DNA of 64,000 nt, taken from the NCBI GenBank assembly GCA_036172245.1, contig JAYWIR010000008.1, forward strand, positions 2,232,001 through 2,296,000, read 5' to 3'. This document shows positions 1-11,119 of this stretch, piece after piece. Source of the stretch: Raillietiella orientalis. Taxonomy: Eukaryota. The translations under genes and the position numbers were made by a program. The notes below the pieces were generated by a model. The model saw only the letters and a list, made by a program, of their open reading frames with translations. It was not told the origin of the DNA and ran no database searches. Each line of letters starts with the position of its first letter. The first letter of the stretch is position 1.

Positions 1-2635
1 ATGACGGATGCTATGCATCTGGTCCAGATGTTGAAGCGCAGCTCGAGGTACTGGAGGAAGAAGAAAAAAAACAACGATGAAAAGAAAGGGAAACGACCAG
101 GGAAGGAAGGAAAGAGAGAAAGCTACGTGGGACGTGGGTTGCACACAGCTGAGGGCGCACGAGGGAACCACGCCACTTCTGCCCTACGGGAAGGGTAAGA
201 AGAAAGCTATATGGAATTGCGGCAGCGAGTGAGGACAGGAGAAAGGAATTGAGGTGGCTGATGTTGCTGGTGATGGAGAGAACGGCAATGATCAGGATGG
301 GAATGAGGAATGAGGGAGGGAGAAGGAAGGAAGAGGAGAAGGAGGGAAGGATGGAGGAGAACGAGGAGGGAAGGAAGAGAGAACGAGAAGGGAAATAAGA
401 GAGAACGAGGAGGGAGCAAGCAAGAGGAGAAACAGGAGGAAGGGAAGGAAGAGGGGAGAAAGAGGAAGAGTGGGAGAAAGGGGGACTCACCTGGTAAACT
501 GACGTGTAGGAGAGGCGAAAGAAGACCGGTGCGTAGAAGAGCGAAGTGATGATCAGCATCAGCACGATGGAGATGGAGGTGTAGGCAAACATGGTGCCGT
601 ACTGGTAGAACTCAACTGGCACCCCTAGCAACGTGATGGCGGACATGAAGCTGCAATGAGAAGACAACAGGAGAGAGGAAGAGAAGGAGGGGACTGCTCC
701 CTGATTCCCTCTCGCTGAGGGAGGTGTGGGGCTGTGTGAGCACAAGGCGCACTCCTTCTCTGGAAAGACTGAAGAGGAAAATCGGGGAAGGGACGAAGAG
801 GGAGCGAGATGTGACGAACACTTTCATGTCCAGATGGAGCCATCCTATGTCGGGGTGCTGTGAAGATGAGGTGGCGTCCCGTTCGAGGAGGAGGCAACGA
901 AGAAAGTTCTGTTGGCTCTCTCTTGGGAGCTGCTACACTTAAGTTTTCATCTACCAGAGCTCGTGCCTCCCCATCGGGAGCTCAAGGAGCTCCTCATCCT
1001 CTCTCTCTTTCAGGCCCCACTCCCCTATCCACCTACTTTCTTCCTCAGCCAGTGGAAGGAGAGTGGATCTGGAGGGACTGCTTTCCTCAGGAGATCTTCT
1101 GCGCCTCTACGGTTCCTTCTGCGGCCGCATACGCTTCCTCGTCCCACCCCACCCACACTCCTGCACGCGCCTCTTCCACAGCGGTGAGCAGACTCTTGGG
1201 GTTTCCTGCCTTCTTGATCCTTCCCTTGCGTCTTTGAACGCTGCTGATTAGGGATTCTGACCTATCGCTCGTGCCTTCCGAGGTTCCTTAGCAACCCTCC
1301 TGGAAGTCGGCGGGAGAAAGAATCCCGGACGTCTTTCGTCCGCGGGAGTGGGAGAAGCGGACAGAGGGTCGAGGTGGGTGCGGACACACGCGCCACCTCC
1401 CATCGTCCGGCCGCGGAAGAAGACCGGACGCGTGCTCCAAGCCGCAGCATTCCATGCATCCCGGAGCAGAAGCGCCTGCAGGAGTTCACGAGGACGCATC
1501 CCCAAAACAAAAGCGGAAAACACAGAGGGAGAGGGAGGGATGGGATCTCCCGGCGCTGCTTCGTGGACCCGGGGAATCCTCGCTGCGCTGGACTCCCCAG
1601 AAACACGCGTTTCCTTCGATAGTCCATGTCCCGCAGTGATGGGTGGAAAAGGCGACCCGCCGGCTTCGGGGCGGCGCGCGGTTCCAGGGCCGTCCTCACT
1701 GCCGTCCCGGGAGCGGGAGTCGAGCCGCGTGAAGATCGGAGACCCATGAGGGTGGGCGCCGGCAACGGCAACGCCCGTGGAGGAACCTGCATCCCATGGG
1801 TGGGGTCCATTTGGACGGTCCCCATTCCAGAGACAGCCCTTTCCCTCCGCAACCCTCAGGAGGCGCCTGGGGTTCCAGCGGGCGCCAGCAGGCGGCTCGG
1901 CGGTCCAGCATCTCTCAGGTCTGCAAGTGGAGGACGCGCGGACTTAGGGAATCGATCTCGGAACGGGTTGTTGGGGGGGGAGGGGGGGCAATCAGCTACT
2001 CCCTACTGCTGGTTGCGCCGCCGTTCCTTCTGCCGCATTAGCTGCTGATCCCTGTTTTCATTCTTTGGATCAATACCAGAGGGAAAGCCGCTTGGAGCGG
2101 GACGAGAGAGAAAGCGGGAACAGGGCTCGAACAGCATCACGGTCCACGCGGACCGCACCGTGCGCCCGCGAGGCGCGCGAGCGTCCTCCACAGGGTCCAC
2201 GTGACCCTCCGTCACGCGCCTGGGACCTTCAGGAAGGGGAGCATTTTCCTGAATTTCCTTCCCGTCCTGATTTTCAGAAAGGGGTGGCCAAAACAGCGCC
2301 CTACTCCCAGCAGTCCCTGGACTGGAGGGTGCTGCGGCGGGAGGGAGATCGTACCTGGCTATGAGGGACATGGACGTGGGGAAAATGGCCATGTTGCGGC
2401 TTCCCAGGAGGACTTCCTCAGCGTGCCGGGACTTCTTGACGAAGCTGAAGTAGCACCCTATCAGGAGGGACACGGCCAGAGAACTGGAAAAGATGACGTA
2501 GTCCGGCCAAGAGAAGTGTCCTTCGAACGCGCCCGAGGGAGACGTTCCGTTATCCATTGCCGTTACCCGGAGCGAGGCCGCTGCTTCTCCAGGAATGGAC
2601 TGGTAGTCACAGTCTTGGGTCTGCAAGGAGGCCAT
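1..2635 (-). CDS. Sodium:solute symporter (SLC5 family, SMCT/SLC5A8-A12-like); 5' part of gene, continues off the left edge. Coding exons 2635-2355, 650-491, 50-<1
   Basis: Spliced translation ...FSWPDYVIFSSSLAVSLLIGCYFSF..EEVLLGSRNMAIFPTSMSLIA|SFMSAITLLGVPVEFYQYGTMF...FYAPVFFRLSYTSVYQ|YLELRFNIWTRCIASV has the typical SSF N-terminal motifs. GT-AG junctions (donor 2354, acceptor 651, donor 490, acceptor 51) keep the frame. Exact start codon and paralog identity uncertain. Confidence 0.9.
295..485 (+). repeat. Polypurine (GA-rich) low-complexity tract in an SLC5 intron
   Basis: Almost exclusively G/A on the plus strand. Confidence 0.8.
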
Positions 2636-3589
2636 GATTGGGGAGACTGCCTGTTTCCGTTACCTAGAAACAGGTCGCCCAACGTGAATCGGAGGCAAGA
2701 GCAGCGCAGAGGAGTGCGAGCACAGGGCGATGGTCAGGGTTTTCTTGCACACGCCACTTTCACTCTCACCGGGGGGCAGCACATCTTACGACTCCCGGGT
2801 AGGTCGCATCCCTTAGAAGGTCTGCGGGAGCAGGACCCAGGGCACATGGTCACGGTCCATTCCTGGTGAAGCCGCCCTAGGAGCTGCGCTCGAAGGCGTC
2901 CCTCGGAAGAACGGGGTAGGCGACCGGGTGTTCCGAGGCGTCAACGAAAAACCTTCCTCGAACTTGTCGAGAATAGGAGGAAGAGGGGGGGAGGGAGAGG
3001 AAGGAAGAGAGGGAAAATCCTTCCAGCGCTGATTGCATCGCTTGGATCCCGGCAAAGGAAAATCGGAGGTGCACTCGGGTCGGAAACTGCTCGCAGCTCG
3101 TCCGCAAGGAGGGAAGGACAGCAGCTGGCGCGAGGAGGCCTCGGAGTCGAAAGCCGTGCAGCGTCCTGCGGCGATCGCGCTCTGCCGGTCACCTCAACCC
3201 CCCCCCCTTCTTCTTTTTCCCTCTCCCTTATTCTTCTCAGAAAGACCTTAGGTGCCGCGTCAGAGACCCAGAGTGCCTTAAACGCTCCTCGTTCGCTTCG
3301 GTGGAAAGTCGGAAGACCGGTGGCGCAGAGGGCTCGTCTCGCGTCTTCCTGACCACTGCGAGCTACGACCAACGAGCTAGGCTTGGACGGTGTCCCTGGG
3401 GTTGCGCAGCTCGTCGAGGTCTTCGAACCACGTGCCGGGCCCATCCGTCACGCACCCTGGCAGGGATCCCAGCATCTTTCTGCCGAATTTGACCACGGTC
3501 CTGAGCACAAGCTTTCCTGAACCTTCATGGCCTTCTCCTCCTCCCCTACGTTGACAACACGAAGGGCTGCACCTCCCGCTGCCTCCCGC

Positions 3590-5130
3590 GGCCTCCTTCC
3601 CGGTGGGCACTGCCTCAACGTCACGAATGAAGCGGCGAGCAGCCTATGCGATCTCGGAGGTGTCCCGCTGCTTGGACAGATGGCGCATGCCGACTTTGAG
3701 CGTCTTCACTGCCTCGATCGGGCAGTCGGAGCGCACCTTGAGCTCTACCTCCGCACGAGCAGAAGACTCACAGGTGCGACCACGTTGGCGCCGCCCTCCA
3801 GGGCTGCGATCAGGCAGGTCAGCTGGAACTTCGGCCTACTCCGGTGTGCCTTGGTCTCGTCGGTGCACAGCATCAGCAGCTTCACCTTACTGACTCTCGA
3901 GGCCCGCATCCTGCTCAGTTTCTCATCGATGAAGAACTTGCCCGTCTTGAGACCCCTAGTCTTCCAGATGACGCCCTCCGTGCCTAGGGTACAGGTCTCG
4001 GTCTTCGGGTTGAGCATCTTCTCTCCTCGCTATTCTCTTGAGCACCATCCAAGTGCGCCTCGTTCGAAGGCGCTTGGAGGAGTTCGAGGACCTCGAAAGA
4101 GACGGCGGCTCGGGGGGGTCAACAGCGCCGCGCGCCTTTTGTCGGCGAGACGGAGAGGTCGTGACCGGCAACGACCCACTCTCCGACGCGCCGACGCCCG
4201 AGGCCGGCGGAGGACAGGGGGAGCGACGGTCCCAGAATGGCGGGAACCGTCGATCCCTCCCTCACACAAATGCACCCGCGGGCAGCACTAGGGACAGAAG
4301 CGGCAACGGCGGCGGCGGCTGGGCGCGTGAAAATCTGGAGTTCCAAGGAACCGTTCACTGCCCGATGGTCGACAAGACCGTCTAATGGTGGGGCGCTCCG
4401 AGGTCAGCTGCGCGCAACTTCCAGCGGCCGCGGCCACCTGGAGGAGCAGTCAACTCTCCTACCGGGAGGCTTCCCTTCTTCCCTCCTTCGCCCCTCCACC
4501 TTAATATTTCGAGAGTGCGTCTCCTCCAGATTTTCTCACTTGGTGCACTCGCGCCGCGGAGAGTGTGCCTCCGGGAGGTCCCTCTCCTCGTCCATCCCTG
4601 CTCTCATCCTTCCTCGTTCTTCCCGTTCCTGGACGCCTGTCGTCTCACCCAGCCGGATGCACCCAGGTCGTCCTCGCCCTCCGCGGTTTTTCCCAAGCCC
4701 GGGGGGAAGGACAGCTCCTCCGCTCCGAGCGGGTCGACGCCGCTGGTGCAGAGATTCTTCCGCTTCCGGCGTCCTGCGGACACTCGCGACTGGCCAACCC
4801 CGGAAACTTCCCTGTCGGAGTCAGTGATGCAGGGGAAGGAAGGGGTGTGAAGGAAGATCCCCTCCTACTTGTGCCCCTCTTCCCCCTTCCCCTTCCCGCG
4901 CGTGGATCGTCTTCGGCTGTTCCTCCGCGCCTCCCCACGTCGGGTGGCGGACCAGACTTGGGCGGCGTCTCCCCACCTCTTCTCTACTCGGCTCGGAAGG
5001 CGCTGCTCCTCCACGCGTTCGGACGGGGGAGGTCGGCGGAGGTCCTCCGCACCCCCGAGGTCGCGTGGGCTTCTCGCCGCTTCACTCGTGACGTTGAGGC
5101 AGTGCCCGTCGGGGAGAAAGGCGCCAGCCC
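3590..5130. mobile_element. Two oppositely oriented ORF1-like remnants sharing an inverted segment (~3605-3665 vs ~5050-5110)
   Basis: GGGCACTGCCTCAACGTCACGA(A/G)TGAAGCGGCGAG is present in both orientations. The minus-strand copy reads RGLKTGKFFID followed by degenerate Cys-knuckle-like segments. Confidence 0.4.
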
Positions 5131-5499
5131 TTTGAGACCCCCTTCGGGATCTGCCTTCCCACGACCACCTAGGGGACCGTCCGGGACTCCCCGCTACTGT
5201 CCCCATTTCGCGGTCTCCTTCTTGGTGCGATCCCCTCGGAGTCCATCCCGGGGTTTCTCCCTTCACCATCTGCAGAAGTCCTGTGACCTCCATGCGGGAA
5301 CGAGGGGGATTACAGGACCGCTTCTCCCTCCCCTGAGAAAACAGCGCCGTTTCTCGTGCGCTCTCGACGTCCTGCCAAAGGAGCCTCGCGGCCCTCTGGC
5401 TCTACTCTTCCCTGCTGTCACTTATTCCCGAGAGTGCGCATCCGCTCCAGCTTTCTTCTTTTGCCCTGAGTGCAGGGGTGGCTCTGAGGTCCTCTTCGG

Positions 5500-5830
5500 G
5501 GACCCCGAAGAGGACCTCAGAGACTTGCCCGCCTTCCGCATCGAGTGGACCGCAGTGCCGCCTTCCGTCCAGCCACTTTTCCGCGAGGGCAACGGTGGAG
5601 GACGCACGTGCTCCCCACCGTTGCTCTCCACCGCTCCAGGGAAACCGCGGGTCCAGCTCGGGCCTCAGGCCTGCCCCGAGAAAGAGCGCCGGCTCTTCCT
5701 TCTCCTCCATCTCAGGTGGCAGCAAGGGAGACCCTCCACGGCGGCGCCTCGCACGTCCGGGAAGTGGCGCCACAAAGACCGTTCTTCTGTGTTCCAAGAC
5801 CCGCGTCCTCCTCCGAAGCAACGGAAACGA
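5500..5830 (-). mobile_element. C-terminal ORF2 remnant of a second LINE family; inverted paralog at ~7590-7920 (+), weaker copies near 10150-10390 and 27720-28140
   Basis: Shared frame RRRxRVLEH..EEPALFL..DPRFPW..ARASST.ALA..WLDGR..C. The 27.7 kb copy is preceded by SCGICGKLDTFTHLLLK. Confidence 0.5.
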
Positions 5831-7009
5831 TAGAAGAGGGAGAAAGGAAGGGTTGTTCGGGGTGTCCCTGGGAACCGGAGTCCGGCTTTCGGGAGTTGTC
5901 CGCCCCGCGCAGAGCCAGCCTCAGCCTCACCTACGCGCCGCGCTGGGACCTTCCGGTGCAGTAAGGGAGGAAGCGCCAAAGACACCGCAGCGCCAGTACC
6001 GTTTCTTTCCTCGCGAGGTGATGCCGCTCCCGATCCACGCCGCTACCGCCGCCGCCTCCTCCTCTGGGAGTATCCCTGCCACGTCCACGGGAGCCGGTCG
6101 GACGCACCCGAGCAAGCCGCTCCGCCCGGAGCACAGAGAGCAACAGATGTCGCGGGTGGTGGGGAACGCGCGCTCCCGCGGCTCGCCTGCCCACTCCGAC
6201 CAATCAGCGACCGGCCGACGAGAGACCGTCGGCAGGCGCCGCGGTGCCTGCGACCAGACTGCCGGAGGCAGAGCGCACATCGGGAGCGGCGCCACCTCGC
6301 CGACAGGTTCTCTTTGGCGGGAGGTCCGCCAGCCGACCTGGCTTGAGGAGGAGCGGGTGCGTGCTGGACAAGTGCCGCGGACCCTCCTTCCGGAGGAAAC
6401 GAATGGCATGATCGCGTTTCCTTTCCTCCTCCGCCTCCTTCCCCCTTCACGTGTCCCCATCCTCATCGAAGGCAGACGGCGTGGTACACCCTCCCGAAGG
6501 ATTGGCTGCAGGAAGGGGAGTCACGGAATCACCGCGCGGGTCGGCAAGGGGTTCCGATTGGGGAAGGGAACTGTCCCCATCCTTCTGTGAGCGAGTGTAC
6601 CCTCCCTCCCCTCCCATCCTATCTTCCCTCAGGTCGGGTGCGCCTCCATGGTTGTCCGAGGTGCCATTCTCTCCCCAGGATGACCGTTTCGCTCGAGGCG
6701 TGTGGGAAGCTCGAGAGGTGCAGTCCTCGGACCTCGGAGCCTCTAGGCGACGCACCCAGTTCCCAGCTCTTCTCTCAAGACCTCGGCTATTGGGAGGTAC
6801 GAAAACCATCCCTGAGCTCGAGGCAAAAGCAGGCAGTTGGCTCGAATGTGCTATCCCTTGGGATGGAGGGCAGCAGGGAAGAGCAGAGTCGAGAGGATAG
6901 TTCCCACTGGATTCTCTTGGCAGAGGCAGGACGTCAGGAGCTCACAGGAGGCGGCGCTGTGGTCGCTGCCCTTCAGGCCGATTCCCAGGGACACGCCCAC
7001 CATCCCTCC

Positions 7010-7569
7010 ACCTCTTAGTTGAATGCCCTGCCGTCCAGATTCTTTGGGATCGTCTTAAAGCGGCCCTCCGGATACCGGATGGTGGCAATGTTGGATGTGT
7101 CTTCAGTCTTGTCTTCGTGCGGGACGCCCTCAGTCCAGCCGCAGCACTGGCAGCACTTTGCTGCATTCGTGGTATCGTGGCGGCCTGGAGTGATGCCGAA
7201 GATGAAGGCTGCATCGTGAGGGACGTCATCGAGTATGCTTCTCGCTTCCTGCAGAGAGCTACCCGATGGCCCAATCTAGGAAAACTGAAAATGGAACTAG
7301 AAGGCATCCTGCAAAGGATGGGCGCTCCCAGCAGTCTTCTGTGATCCCTTCCCGGCCCTCCAAACTTTTTTTTGTATTTTGTTTTTCTCTTTTATTTTAT
7401 TTTTGTTTTCTCCCCCATCCCCCTCCACTGCCGAGGAGAGCCACACCGGGCTGCGTCCCGGTGTCCCGGCAGTTCCGGTATTGCGTGGCCGTCAGTGGGG
7501 CCTTGTACCACGTTCTGTATTGACCGTTGAAATGTTTTTAATAAACGTCCCGGCGTAACCGGGTGGCAT
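7010..7569 (+). mobile_element. 5'-truncated Tx1-like LINE 3' end (family T) with 16-bp TSD
   Basis: ORF2 C-terminus (RDALSPAAALAALCCIRGIVAAWSDAEDE...LEGILQRM), structured 3' UTR, AATAAA at 7540. TSD CGCCCAC(C/A)ATCCCTCC at 6994-7009 and 7570-7585. Confidence 0.8.
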
Positions 7570-10424
7570 CGCCCACAATCCCTCCCCCACCCTCCGATCG
7601 TTTGCGTTCCATTGTTCCGGAGGAGGATGCGGGTTTTAGAGCACGGAAGAGCCTTTTTCGTGCGCCAATCCCTGGGCGCGCGAGGCGCCGCCGCGGAGAC
7701 AGAGGAGGAGGAGGAAGAGCCGGCGCTCTTCCTGGTGGTGGGTCCGAACCCCGAGCAGGACCCGCGGTTTCCCTGGAATGGTGGAGAGCGGTGGTGGCTG
7801 GCACGCGCATCCTCCACAGCTGCCCTTGCGACCAGGTGGCTGGACGGGAGGTGGTACTGCCGTCCACCCGATGCGGACAGCGGCGAATGCCCGAGCACAG
7901 ATCTCTCCCGTAAACGGCTGGCCATCCTCTTCCCCGTCCTCCCTCCTCCCTCCTCTCCTCCTCGCGTTTTTTATCCCTTAGTGGGTCCCTCCTCCCCATT
8001 TCCCTCCGCGATCGTTTTCTCCGTCGTCACCATCACGAGCGTCAGCATCACCACTGTCGCCATCGGCTGCCCTCATCGGGTGGCGCATCGCTTTTCTCCC
8101 GAAGCGAACGAAGGCACCCGTTCAAGCAGAGGGCAGCCGGCAAGCGTTTCCAAAGAGACTGTGAAAGAAGGGATCGAGAGAAGAGGTGGGGATGGGAGCC
8201 CTTCCCGCCGTCCGTCAGGTAGAGCCGCCTTCGACCGTTCCCGGTCCCGGAAGAGTAGTCTCTCCCTCCCTCTTTAGCGGACCCTGATGGGTTGGTTGCC
8301 TTCCGCCTACTGGACCGCAGGGGCGGATTCTTGCGCGTGCATGCCGCAGGGGCGTCCAGAGAAGGAGAGAGGGAGAGAGGGAAAGCAGCAGCAGAACGGC
8401 AGCACCCCCTTCCTCTCATGCGGAGCCCTTTGAAAGACCCGCAATCTCTCTCAGGGCGCTGGATGCGCCACCCTTGAGGCGCCCGAGAAGCCCAGAAGAC
8501 GCTGCGGGGTTTCCGACGTCCTGCGGAAACCTCTCCAACCGGGCTGGAGGAACCTGCTGAAGACATGAGTACGGGGAGAAAACAGGGTATTGTGCTGACA
8601 GAAGGGAGGACAACCCCAGTGTTCGTAGCCATGGGACCCAACGATTCCCCCTTTTTGTTTTCCTCCCAGCCCCCCCGCTTCCTTTCTTTGTTGCTGTTGT
8701 TTGTTCGCGGGTCACCAACATGCTGAGGTCAGCCAAATGGATGCCCGACGGCTGGTCTCCGCTTCATCGTCCTCGCTTTGTCCTTCCGGAGAGGTTAGCA
8801 TCCGGTACGAAGAACCCTGCTCCTCTCCGAAAGGGAGCGCCTGAACAACACACCGGAACTAGAGAAGGGGGCCTCCCGCTGCCTCATCGCCCTCGTCTCA
8901 TGGCGTTGTCGAGGAGGCTGCTGGCGCGCAAGCAGCTAGAGACACCGCGGTCGTGAAGGGACGGGAGGAAGACTTCGATTAATTTTAACTTTATTTAACA
9001 CCAAGTCCTCTTCAACTCTGCCAAATATATTATTATTTATCTTCTTTAAAGCAGCATTCATGGCATCAATTTTTACAGTTTTAGCTTCTTCTTTTAAGAC
9101 TTCGAGTGCAGGGGTGAGTGCCTCCTGGAGCCGGTGACCTTTCTTCGACGAGGATGGTGTGGTCCAGCTAGCGGAAGCTCCAACCGTCACCTCCTCCTCA
9201 AGTCGCGCAACTACTTGCCCGCAGTGCTCCGTTTCGGAGTCTGAGACCCGGTGCCCTGGGGAAAGGGAGAGGACGGAAGATGGTCGCTGGAGACGAGATT
9301 TCCTGGAAAGGCCAGCTGCGACGAGGGCGGCGATATATAATGAATAGATAATGTATTTAAATATTTTTATGCTACATAATAATATTAAAATATGTAAATT
9401 TATACTAAATGTGCTCCTCGTCCCTAATTCTCCCTCCTCCTGAACGTATCGCTGGACTAATGTCACGACTCCCTCAGGGTCCGATCACCCCTCGCTAAAG
9501 ACGGGTCTTTCCACCGCTAGAGGGGAAGAAGAGGGGGAGAAGAGTGGGGCCGCCCACAAGTGCGACCACAGTGGCAGAGCTGCGATTGGAAACAGCAAAT
9601 CTCAGGTCAATCTCTTCTCCCTGACGGAAGCAGGGAGGGCGACAGCATTCTTCCTGAAATAAAGATCCCGATTTCCAACCTTTCTCCTCGCTTCCTTTTT
9701 TTTGTGTTTTTGTTTTTCCAATGCTCCTTCGCCCCTTCGAGAAGTTGGAGGCAGTGCAGCCCAATCCTGATAGACAAACTCTAGCTGCTTCCTCCTTCTT
9801 AATCTCCCTCTCTTCTCCCACCCCCATCTAGTCTACTCAGGAGGAAAGGGGGAGTCCTCTTGATAATCCACCCTAAGATCCAAGGGATTTCAGTGTGCGC
9901 GACTCCTGCGGGGTAGGAGACAGCCTCCAGGAACGCCTCCGGATGAGCTGGGGAGGGGAGGCGCAGCCTCAGCCTCCTTCCCTGCCCCCGTAGCTACCTT
10001 CCTCCTCTCCCGCCTACAAGTGAAGTGTGCTCCCACGCGTGCGCACCCTCCTGCCACGAGCAGAGCACGCACCCCCGAATGCAACGCGCTTCCCACGAGC
10101 AGCGGCGCTCCCGTTCTCTCGCGTCTCCTTGCTTCCTTTTCCCACAGGACCTGCATAGACTGGAGCACTCCAGATTACCTGGAGGAGGCGCGAGCCGTCG
10201 GTCCCGACCGTCCCTTGGATTTCCAGGGCATCCTTCTGCGTTTCGCCTCCGGAAGCAGTTGACCCCTCGCCTCACGGTGCGGTTTCCCTGGAAACGGAAG
10301 GGGGGAGGGAGAAGGAGGAATAATACCTTCCCGTCGTCTGAGACCGCATGGTTCCAAGAACCTCGGAGAATGCAAACCGCTGCGAGGAGCCCCTGAGAAG
10401 TAATGCTGCACGGCGTCCTAGTGC

Positions 10425-11100
10425 GGCCGCGTGGCTGCGGCTGTCCTCGCGCGTGGCACCGAGCATCGCGGGTTGGAATCCCACCCGGGGAAGGATCGAC
10501 TCCGAGAACAGGGAGTGCCCCGAGGGTCTCGAGTCTTCCCCCCCGCAGGATGACTCTGGTTGGCCACGGTCTCCGGTGGAAGCCGGAAACTCCCAGATGC
10601 TTCGTTGATTGGTCGGGACTGGAAGTTGACCCCCCGAGGTCCTCCGGTAAGCTAAGAGTCGGTTCCCTTTGGAGAGAGCCCTTCTTGTAAACAGGGAAGA
10701 GTCCCTTCAAGGTTTTCTTCAAAGGAGTAGCAAGGGGAGGTTCTTTTACGGGCTGCTCCCTCTAAAGAGGAAATGATGGGCAGCCCCCTCCAGGTCCCTC
10801 CGGAGAGAACAAGGAAGAGGTGGTTCCCCTTGGAGACTCCCTTCGGAGAAAACTAGGGCAAGGTTTCCCTTCGGGCTTCCCTCCCAAGCGTCAGAGGAAC
10901 GCCCTCCTCCATCCGGCGCCCTTCTTGGATGCATAGGATGGTCCCATCGGGGCTTTCCTCCCTAACTTGAAGAGTTGCCTGCCTCCTCGAGTGGCTTGGA
11001 CAGTGCTCAAGAGCTCCGTGAGTACTGGGAATTTTTTTCTGGTTCTCTCTGAGGGGGCGAACTGTTCTTCAGTACTCAGAGCAAAAAAAAAGAGAGAGAG
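10425..11100 (+). mobile_element. tRNA-derived SINE, copy S1 (uninterrupted)
   Basis: Head GGCCGCGTGGCTGCGG (A-box-like) and GGGTTGGAATCCC (B-box-like, ~10470). Body shared with other copies (GGATGGTCCCATCGGG..CCTAACTTGAAGAGTTG, GTTCTTCAGTACT). A/AG-rich tail. Confidence 0.75.
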
Positions 11101-11119
11101 AGAAGTGACACGCCCGACG

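Noticed and set aside
11..745. 244-aa minus-strand ORF as a single-exon gene
   Set aside because: It is SLC5 exon 2 (650-491) read through into pyrimidine-rich intron sequence.
4565..6590. Long ORFs (422 aa, 370 aa) and many similar GC-rich ORFs in 3-35 kb
   Set aside because: Low-complexity R/P/S/G translations with no domain; explained by GC-rich frameshifted LINE debris, often on the antisense strand.
7428..7515. Hammerhead or HDV-like ribozyme in the LINE 3' UTR
   Set aside because: No conserved CUGANGA plus GAAA core and no convincing nested double pseudoknot across copies.
10425..10495. Functional tRNA genes at the SINE heads
   Set aside because: No consistent cloverleaf or anticodon among copies; each continues into the same repeat body.
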